Shown: one piece after another, positions 50,701 to 61,400 of the stretch
Layout: every line of letters starts with the position of its first letter
How positions within the stretch are numbered: the first letter of the stretch is position 1
Origin: Takakia lepidozioides
Taxonomy: Eukaryota; Plantae; Bryophyta
Direction: 5' to 3'
NCBI GenBank assembly: GCA_030704615.1
Contig: CM060733.1
Coordinates: 13,206,001 to 13,270,000, forward strand
Length of the DNA: 64,000 bases
The notes under the pieces: model-generated
The model's database searches: none
The model's input: the letters and a program-made list of their open reading frames with translations, nothing else
What the model was told of the DNA's origin: nothing
Translations under genes and position numbers: made by a program

Positions 50701-50869
50701 TGAGATACTTGAAATCGACAATAAGGGCAGAATAGCGAACATCCGATGCCGGTTTGAATATGGTGGGCACGTGATCCGAAAGCCTCAGAAGCTCAGCTAC
50801 AAGTGCCTGACCTCGACTGACAAGGCTCAGTAGCACTGCTCCCACAGCTTTCTCGCTGAACTCTGCCAT
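47710..50869 (-). pseudogene. WASHC5: Strumpellin / WASH complex subunit 5, intronless, with at least 4 frameshifts and an internal deletion
   Basis: GAVLLSLVSRGQALVAELLRLSDHVP; GVYIQSTVESVL.NEDGRQLL; LDTATLEFELKQ; GRKIQQMISALQEVEQFHQIE; LAKATHRVAVFTQGI; LDPRELLENGIRKQLV; FQDYVHVHGLRLWQEEF. Frames shift near 50110, 49850, 49350 and 49290. The conserved block normally preceding TVDLSYSW appears to be missing. Confidence 0.85.
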
Positions 50870-52454
50870 CTCCTCCTCTCGAACCCCCTGTTCGTAATTC
50901 CTCCACTACCTATCCTGGAACTTGACAAAGAGCACATTTCGGACCCCGAACTAAGAATTGGAAACTGTGATTATCCCATACAGCTTCAGACATGTGTACA
51001 TTCCGAGTTGATGGGTTACTCGAAACGGGGAGTGAACGTAAAATACAAGAGAGGCAGGGAGACAAACACTCTACAGCAAGCATCATCATACTCCTGTGAG
51101 GAGGGAGTAGATTGGAGATGGCTGACCTTCCACCTCAGAGATTGTAAAGAGAGTATATTTTAGTCACACAACTTCTACAGCTAGTCATTCGTCTTATCCA
51201 TCTTCCAGGTCGGCCAATTCTTGTGGAAAATTCAGTCCTTTGTGCCATGTAGTACTTCTTGGTCGAAATCCAAAGAGGAAATGTCCGAATCGATTAGCTC
51301 ATACTAGTGAAAAATGACGCTTTCGATATTTTGGCAAACCCTATTCTGAATGTGACGATTTTTTGCGAGAGGGCCAATCCGACAAGGACAGTGGGACAGT
51401 GGAGCAGTGGAGAGGATGAGCAATGTGGATTTCGGCACGGAGGAAGAGTTCGTTGTAACTTGTAACTGCCCCTCTCATTTTTTTCTGTCTCTCTCTTTTC
51501 ACATACAGGTTAGCACGACACATCCAAAATGGCAAATGCTGTTGTACAAGTTGTACAATGGATCATGGTGCTGGGTTCAAATTCACACGAGATTTTGGCT
51601 GTTGGGTTTTAGTGTGAGTCCACAGTGTAGGAGCAGTGCGGTTCCGGAATTGAACGTTAAGTTAGGCCGAAACTGGTGAAGCTGTTGGCCCTTGAAACCC
51701 CTACTCTATGAGTGATTCAAGCAGATTGTTTCACCCATGTGTAACTGTTGTTTCTTAGAAAGGGCTATTGCAGATTTGAAGAAGAAGAAGAATGTATGAC
51801 TTGTGCTCTTCCTTCTTTCAATCGAGAGGTTTTTTATCCTCCATTGACCATGTTTTAGTGAAGTAGTGAAGTAGAAGTTCTCCCAGGTCCATGAGAAGAG
51901 TTCGCAGTACACGAGCCTGCATCTCTTCCATCCAAATCTTGATTCGTTTTGGGGTTTTTTTTCGGTTTTCTTTTTCTTAATGTGAGTGAATGTTTGTCAC
52001 TGAGTTTGCCCCAAAGAATTTTGAAGTCCACAGTCTAGGGTTGTTACACCTTGGGGCTCTTTCGGGCCTTGCTGGGTTTGTGTTTAATTGGGAGTCACAT
52101 ACGATGAACTGCGTAAGAAGAGCAGCACACAGTCCGCCGAGAGCTACAACTGCGAGATTACAAGCTCGCAAACTGTCAACTGACAGTACCATGCCCATTT
52201 TGACTAATCATCAGTTATCCAGCGCATGAAGGGTATACGATTGTGGGTTTTTGGGGATACCATCCTTGTGCGGCCATTGTGGACTATGGTGTGGAAGTGA
52301 CGTTCTGTTTCCAATCCTAGAATTTTGGTACTTCCCGGAGGTTCATACGGTTCGACCTTCGACTTCACTTCCTAGACCACGAGAAGCATGCAGATCTTAT
52401 TATGACCCTTGTAAGCTATTATACCTGCGTCCCCCACCTAACCCAACTGTCGCT

Positions 52455-55400
52455 ATGGCTGATTTCTGGACTCATAAAATTCAGTTTGTGGATGACAGCT
52501 TCCTACAGGTGTGCTATTTATTAGCATGGCTTGTTCATGGGTCTCACAAGCCCAGATAGGGATCCCAGAGAGAGGGGAGAAGGAAGTAAAAAACGCCAAC
52601 CAGATATGGGCGGTGGTTCCAAGCCTCTAGCGGTTTGAGAGAAGAATTTGCTTACAGCCTCTGTCGCCATCTCACGAGATATTCTGATTTTTTGAGGTCT
52701 ATTTTGCATGAAGAAACAAACATTTTTAGCCTGCTGAGCGGTCATTGAGTATTTGGGTAAAGATCTTGGATATGCTTTCCAAAATTCTGTTGGTACAGTT
52801 TGTTTGACGAATTTCTGAGCAAAGGTAGGAAGTCTCTTGGTTTGAGGAAGATTGTGTGCGGCACCGAGTGTCCATGTGATGAAGCAGGTCTCCGGAAGCA
52901 ATTTGACACCATTTCTGTACTCAACTTAATCCAATCTCAATTCCCCTCCGAGGGTGCCATGATGAGTCCGACCAATGCAACTAAGTCTGCTTGACTGTCA
53001 CAATCGTTGTCAAAATGGGAGTGAAAAAATCGCAACTTCTCCAAGCGTGTCTACGTACTCATGTTGCAGTCACACTCACTTGCACCTTTTCTTAAGGAAA
53101 GTGCATTCTTGCTTGAAAGATTTCAGTTCGAGACACCCGTAAACGCAGATTGAATATCACAGATAAGACTGGAGAAGATTCTACAAATTTGGACGCAGAC
53201 AGTGACCTACATTTTCATAGCAGGTAGCCATGGGGAGTTCACGGGGAACTGCATCAGTCCCACAATCTTTACCATCAGGAGGTATGGTTACAACCTTTTA
53301 TACTTGGGGATTTGTACAGTCTCTTACGTCCTCTCTACAGCAAGTACATTCTAACCAGTACATTTCTTCCATTCTCTCCTTTCAAGTCCCTAAACCCTCC
53401 CCCTACTTCCCCCCCTCTCTTACTTGCTCTGACTCCGTTTAAAACTTCACAAGTCGGTTGCTTCTTACCTTTTTTAAGAAGCAACGCCCTACGGCAGTGA
53501 CTCTCTTTCCGTCTCTACTTTTAGCGGGTCTTCTTATAGTAAGTTGTCACTGTCACGAACTTTACCTAGCATGTTAGGTTCCACCATTCTCTTAATGCAA
53601 TGATGTTTTTTATGATGACGGACCTTAATCAGACAATTGTGGTGTCTTGTTGATTCGATAACTGCAGAGGCCCCTACCAGCTTCCGAGCATCTACCTTCA
53701 GTGCTGAAAACCTCACCAACCTCCGAGAACCGCTCACAAAGGGTGCTAATGAACTTGCTCGGGAAGAAATTGAAGCAGACAGTGGGGACCAGGTGGTGCC
53801 CACTGTCAGGTTTGGGAGTCTCAAACGATCGGTGCGTCCATGCATTATGTTTTTTCTTCCCTGTGAATATGGTGCAATGGTTTACATGGGAACAGGGTGA
53901 TGACTGAGTCTGAAAGGCCAGCCTCTCACATCACTTGTTGCTCGAGCTTTGCACCCAAAGGGCAACGAGTTCCTGTCTCTGTCAATTGAGACATTTTCAA
54001 GTTGGTCAAAGTCATGGGAATGGATCCTATGACTAGGATTGCATTTATATGGGCGCATTGGACTTGTGAGGACAAGCAACCAGGTATACTTCACACCCAG
54101 AGAGCAGTGATCCTGGGACTACCCTGTTCTCTTGAACAACAAATAGTGGAACCTAAATTAGACCAAACACCTGAGATGTGGCAACTTGGAATGGCCAAAT
54201 GGCTGGGAAAAAAAAAACACATCACAGTCTCCTTCTTTTGTGAAGATTTTGAGGTGCTGGTGGGCTTGACATTGCTGCCACCGAAAACTGGTAAAGTATG
54301 TCCAACTAGTGGCGGTCACAAACTGTCCCTCACACTTTTTCACAAATGCATCTGCTGGAGACTTTGTTTGTAGTTCAATTTAGCTCCAGATTTAAGCTAC
54401 ATCCATCTCAACATGTAGGTGTGTGACAAACAAAGACCTCCCATGATGGGTTTGGGATTGGATTCTACCACAAGACACTGACCACAGCCATTGTGATACA
54501 CAGTGAGAAGGAACTCTTGTATCTGTGTATGTTCAAGGATTTGGACCAAGACAGTGATTTACACCGCAGTTATCTATGGTTTTGAAATGATGGCCTCTTT
54601 GGTTAGCAAAATGACTAGAGCCTCTCAATATTTGCTTACGCTGAGTTTGAGTTTGATTTGTGTTCCGTGAACTTTGGTGTAGGCGGGGGAGTCAGTGCTG
54701 GACTACTTTTCATCACTGGAGGATGCTGTGAAGAAGAGAAAGATGGTAACAACATTTTTAAGACCATCCTTTCCATCAAAACTTGTCATTATGTAAGCAA
54801 TTCTGAGGTTTAGTCTACCTATCATGCAAGTAATTTTATCCACCCCCATCTTCCCTTCGGTCCTCATGTCTATGTGTGTGGATTTGATCTGATCGATTAC
54901 AAAAGGCCTGCAAATAGGAAACATGGCCAAAGAAAAGCTACAAGGGTGCTTGTATAAGTATTCCACTGTTCGTTGTCATAACGTCATGGCTGCCTCTGTT
55001 TTCATTTGCTTTCCTGTAGTCTATGTGCTGTACCGTTTTACCCTTAGCAATCACATAATATGGCCCTATTGACTGTTGCTGTTTGAATCATGAGGTACTA
55101 TTTTATGCATAATATTTTTCTTTTCCTTCTTCCTCTCTCGCATTTCTCGTTTGTCTCCCGCCTCAACAACATAGAGTAAGTTCTTGCCAATGTCAACTTC
55201 ATTCATGTCTGGCTTCTCTTGTCACTGAGGCCCTTAGAGCCTTTATTTAAGAGGGTTTTTGGTTGAAGAATCTTTTGGAATTTTCATTTTGTCCCAAACG
55301 CTATTCGGGCTTCCAGTGTTGTTGAAGTCTCTTCTTCTGCTTGTTCTCCTTCTCTGGTGTCTTCATCTTTGGCACACCTGACAAGTGGCATTCATTGCAC

Positions 55401-58400
55401 ACATGCAGGAGGGAGAGCACATGTCAGACCACTTGCCCCCAATTATGAGTTACGAGTCACTCTTCACAAATTCAATTCCATCAAAAATGGACAAAGAAAC
55501 ATATAACCGCTCCCCCTCCAACCGTATTGCATTTTTTTACAGGTGGGTTTTCTTTATCTACTTCTGCATTCTTCACAAATTTTACATAGAGCAGAATCTT
55601 ATGAAATTTATTTCTGAGTCAGCTCTTGTCAAATCTCGAATTTCTTGCCTACTCAGAGCTAGCTGACTGGTTGAGTTTTCCCACTACTTCTGGAATAGTG
55701 CCAGAAACTTATCACGAAGATTTGTACATTGGTATGCCTATGAACTTGAGTGTAGTGATCTACACACCCTGTCAGGAGCTGATGAGGTCAGTGGGGAGTT
55801 TTGGCATCTTGTCACTGCCACACATGATGAAGTTGATGGGCATGTGCTAGTTTAGGTTTTAACTTGGACTGCTTTTGGGTTACCTTTTAATGTCTTAGGG
55901 AGTTGTTAGTTGTACACCGTATATACCTGCATGAGTTACTCTCCACGCCTCCCTGTACTTTTTATAGGCTTGCTCTTGGCTATTGGCTCTTTGCATGACA
56001 TTGTCTTTCCTTCTCTACCTCCTTCCATGTCTCACTAGTCAACTCCATCATTCTTCTAGATATGGTAGAAAAACACCTACGATTTGGAAACTGTTGTACT
56101 TTTGCAGTCCTGGTGCAAGAGAGTTTGGTACAATGCCTGCCCATGTACACAAACCTCCTCCACCTACTGATCACTCCAAGACCGACCATTTGGAGATGCC
56201 TATGGATTACAGACCAAAATGGAAGCAGTCAGATGTCCATGACTGTATGGCTTCACTCATAAAATACAGGGCAATCAAGGGACCATGGTCTCCCCCCCAC
56301 ACTGACGGCTCAGTGAAGAAGAACAGTTCTTGTCAGTTGAAGGATTGGGGAGGCTCTCCATCGCTGACCTGTACAACTCCACCCCCCCGTGAGCCCAAGA
56401 AAACCAAGCCATCATTGAAGGAGGACATTGTTCTGTTGGACAATGTTCCAGCAGGGGAGGGACCTTCAAGTGGGGATAAGGTAACACCTTAGTATTGCCG
56501 TCTAGGCTGATGTAGAAAGTGGAGGGAAGAGACAGTTCAGATCAAGAATGTAGGATGGTGGTTGCTTGTGAGTGTTTACTTGGGGTTAATGTTTGACAAA
56601 CTGGAGAGAATCACTTTGGGTATGGTATCAAATGACATTACTTTTGAATGTTCCTTGTTAGAAACTACTGTAGTCAACAGAAGAACTCATCATTGACTAT
56701 CAGGAGAGGTTGTGTGATGTAGAAGAGATGGCTGTTCCCCTTGAAGTCCCTGTGTCTTTTTGCTCATACTCCACAGGTTGATTTACCTTCTTGACATCAA
56801 GTTGACTGGATATAGAAACAACAATTAAGCGGAAGATAGGAAGCTTGCCCATGAGCCAATATCTTTGGAACTACTCTTCACATCTTTCTAGTTGGATTCA
56901 GATCGATCCTTGGAAGTTTTGTTATTGTGGTTTGACTATGAAAAGTTAGGTCTGTTTCTGTTGCCTTGTGATGTGAAGAAGGTAGAAAGGCAGCCACCTG
57001 AAGTCTTCACATTTCTTCCAGTCAAAACTGAACGCGAAGATTCCATCAAAGCTGGGCCCAAGGCAGAAGAATTTTACCCTGCCCCTCCTGTGGCGGGAAG
57101 CCCCCGAAGCCGGCAAGCAGCGCGTATGCAACCTCCTCCTACCAGCGAGACAAACATATTTAAGGCAGCAGAAAGCCTCCTGAAGTACCAGTTTTACTTA
57201 GACCATGGAGTAGAAGAGCGGTTCATAACTCCTTTAAGGGAGGCCTGGCTGTTCAGGGCGACACGCTTGGTTGGGGAGCGTGCTAGACATATGGTGGATG
57301 AATTTGTTTATCATGAGACAATGGTGCATGTTGCTGTGGAGGTGAATGATGTTTACCTTGCAAGCATGCGGAAGGCTATTGTGGACTACATTTTGCGGGT
57401 CTGTCATCCTTTTGACTGTTAGCTGGGTTCAATCTTTGGCTGGGGTCCAATCCAAATTACCTCCCATAGCGTTGAGTTGAATTGAGATCACAGCTTTCGA
57501 TGCTGCTTCGATGGGCTGTAATGAGCAAACGAGTGCAGTAATGTTGGCCATGGTGGGGCTTCTCACTAAAGGAATGCCCTCTGCCATGCATGGGAGTGTA
57601 AGAAAGGGAACTTACTAAAGTTTGACAGCCAAAGAGACGGACAGACAGACAGCAAGAAAAAAGTCCACATAGGGCTCTGGATTAAAATAGAAAATCGAGA
57701 AACCTGACCAAAATCAACCAAACTTTGCCCTAAGATGAAGTGTCTCATGCGGGTAAGCCGCCAGACACTTCAGGTCCTCAAAGTTGAAGGCCTCTGCCAA
57801 AGACTGGGAGTCTCTGAAGAGAAAATATTATCTGCCACAGATCTCATAGGTTGAGAAAATGAAATGTTACTATCTTATGGCATGCAAGAGAGACAGAGGA
57901 GATAACTGACCTTTGATCTTACTTTTGGTACTCTCCAGGATGAAAGGGAAAGAGAGAGGCTGGGTCTGACTGATCTCCAAGAGGTGTTGCAAGCAGTGAC
58001 CACAGGCTTCGTAGGACACCATTCAACCGTACAAATATTATGTCAAGAGTGGCGGGAGGCTGTCAGCAATGCAAATGGCTCTATTTCTGGAATGATGTAC
58101 CGATTGGTGCCACATGCTCTTGAAGTCCAGGCGCTGTGGGATAAAACGTATGCACACAAGCTTATGCTGGATGTTGGTATACCAGAATTCATAGAATCAA
58201 TGCCATTTGACATCAACATGATTGTTGAAAGAGAAAAGAAGCTGGCAGATGAAATAAGGTAGGACTTCTCTGCAACTTGAGAATAACTGCTAACAAACGT
58301 TTCTGAAGCCCATTTTTCGTGGTTTGATTGGTGTAAGAGGTTGGAGCATGGGGCGTGGCTGTGGGCTTTGGTGATGTTGTGAAGGGACCCTCTGGAAGTC

Positions 58401-61400
58401 TGTTGAGTACTTTTCCCTCGAGTCATTGAAACTGTGACATTCACTTATTGATGTCTCATGGGTGTTCAAGTTGTAGCTTACAGCTTGGTAACACCTGTGG
58501 TTCAAATGTCAATGTCCATGAAGAGATAAGGGCAGATAGTGTGGTAGACCAAGTATGGTTGACACAAATCCATTTGGGTGCTGAGACGGAATACACAGCA
58601 AATGCCATGTGAAGTTGTTAGCAAGACCTTCAAATAACGTCACTCTGGGTTTTGTCAATTTAATATTCTTTTTTAACTCAGCATCATCGTTGGTGGGTTG
58701 GTTGTCATCAGGGAGGCAGTTCTGAGAGAGTGGATACCGCTGGTTGCTGACAAATTCAAGTATGCCATCCCTGTTAAGATGGATATGGATGGATTTTACG
58801 AAGCAATGTCAATCCTTATGGCAAATCAAATTCGCAAGTTGGTAGAGGAGTCCATCATTAGATTTGTAAAGTGAGATTGCTGCACTCAAGCTGATTAGCC
58901 AGTACACTTTGAAAAGATAATGATGCTGTTTTAATGGTAACATGTGTTGTCAATAAATGGCTGAGTGCTTACTTAAGAGTCTCATTTCTTGCAGTCATCA
59001 ACACTTGCTATCTGATCAGGGCAACTGCCGGGTAGGTTCTTAGTTTAAACCTCCTGGTGGGTGAGCTAATCCAAACTGCGCACACCTATGGGCACAAGCC
59101 TACCACAGGTGTACTAGATGGGAAAACCTGCAATGGGAGGACCGCCTATGCCCAGCTCGCACAGGGCGCAACCAGGAAATTGAAACTGAAGAACACTTCT
59201 TCTTTTATTGCCCTCTATATTATGAGAACCGTGGGAGATTCCACTGTCAATTCCGCGGAACTCAATCTCTCACTGAAGTCTTCCACTATGAGGATCAGAA
59301 ATGCTTGGCAGCTTACCTGCACGAGGCCTTCACCCTTAGCCGATCCCACGTGCAGTAGTTGTTTTTTTTGGCTCTGGTTTTGTTTCCTCTTTCATGTTTT
59401 TTTCCATTTTGTCCCATAAGCTCTTTGAGCTTTCCGCGAACGTTATAAAGTACCATTTCATTTCATTTCATTTCTCTGCAGCCCATCTATTTTTCTTTCT
59501 CTCTCCCATAAGCTCTATGAGCTTTCCGCGGACGTTATAAGACAGAATAGATCTTTTATACGCAGGCCACTCATGGATCTTCAGTATTTGACTGATTTTG
59601 GTTCTGCATATCTCTTTCAAATTTATCCCTCTCACAGAGGCCCTTTGGGTTTGCAATGGACATGATAAATTTATGTTTTCTTTCCATGTTGTTCCTCAGG
59701 ATGACCTAGATGAGAGGTTCTGGGGCTCAAGTTTTAGCAGAAATGCCTGTTAATAAAGACCTATGTATGTTATATTGTCTAGCTGATAGTTGCCCTGGAT
59801 TTGGAGAAGTTGAAAGGACATCAGGGTCTTACATTAACAGGAGGCACTGTTGCTTGATTTGCAGATTCTTTGCCATGTACGAGGAATTTAATCTTCCAGA
59901 AGGTGCACTACCATCTGTTGGTCCTCATCATCACAAGTTTCACCAGTTTTTTGGGACTATTGGGAAGCTCTCTGATAAGAGGGCTGCAGAGAACAAATCT
60001 CCTCCCTTTGTGGTGAACTTGAAGAATGACAATGGTGATTTCAGGTGGGAAATGAGTTCCATGACTGGTTTTTTTTCCAGAATCGAGATCGCTCATAAAG
60101 TAGGAGAGAGAGGGTAAGCCAAGGAATCACGTATCCATTCAGGGGTATGTACCACATGCACTAGTCCAGAGCAAAAGGGGAAATTGTTTCCATTAAATTC
60201 ATTTGTCTTGACTTCTGGTTTGGGCATATGGCCATTCAATTCTTCACATTATGCTAGGTGCCCTCAACCAGCTAGAAGAGTGGTTAGAGCACTGTGGCCA
60301 CATTTCAGCTGATGCCGGTTTCACAAGTGAAGGCCCAGTCAATCTGGTTGCAAGGGGCGTCATCCATATGGTGCTGTGGGAGTAGAAACCAAGTCAAAAT
60401 CGATGTTCTGCATTTAGCTTTAAGTGAGTGTGCAGCTGAACCCTCTTGTGTGTTTCCTCTTACGAGGCCATGCCAGACCTAGTGGAAGATAAAAGTGCAT
60501 GAATATGCACTCCCAGATATGTGTAAGCAATGTTGGTCTGTCAAGTTGAAGAGGGCCAGGAACTTGATCTCTTTACAGATTGACCAGCAGTGACACTTGA
60601 GTACCTAGTCAGGTCCCTGCCATATACCTAGAGAGGAAGGAAAAAAGACAGAAATGAAGAAACTCCACATATTGTGTCATTAGCGTAGGAGTGCCTATAA
60701 TAGGACTCTTCAAGCAGTTGTGGGCTCAAAACCAAATAGCGTGTATGTTGGAGGTCACCCATTATAGTGAAGGAGGGGGTCACTGGGTTACGTGCTTCAT
60801 TCAACCAAGGCCCAATATTCGTTACAGGCTAGGTGTCTATGGGACTAAATCTGGTTCAATTAAAGGGACAACACTCACATAAAACCGAAGAAGATGAAAA
60901 GACAACCCAAAACTGGTCAATTAGCAGAAACTCCGGAGCTCTTTCAAGTTCCATTGTAGATTGTTGATAGATTGTTGCTACAGGACACCCTGCCCTTGGT
61001 TGGGGTTGGGGAAGGGTGTGTTCCTGCCATCACTATGAACTACATGGAATGCAAATGTTTGAGAAAGGAACTGCCAAAATTGCAGGCCGTGCACCGTTAT
61101 GCTACTGTCTGTTTGTAGTTTGCTCATCCTTGTATGTTTAAGTGAGGAGGATCAGGAGTACTAACCCCTGTGGCGGCAAAATTGAGCATTCTCTTATCTC
61201 ATAATGAGAATGGACGAAGACAAGAAAAAGAACAAAGTGAGAGAAATCATTGACACTGGAACCTCAAGGATATAGCCCCTGGGGGATAGCAGATCATGCT
61301 GGGATATTTTTGAACAGCATTTGGTTTGAAGAGGTGATTGCCGCAAGGAGACAGTGGATTATCTTGTAGCAAGCTCTCCTACGGGGAAGCGAGGACTCAT

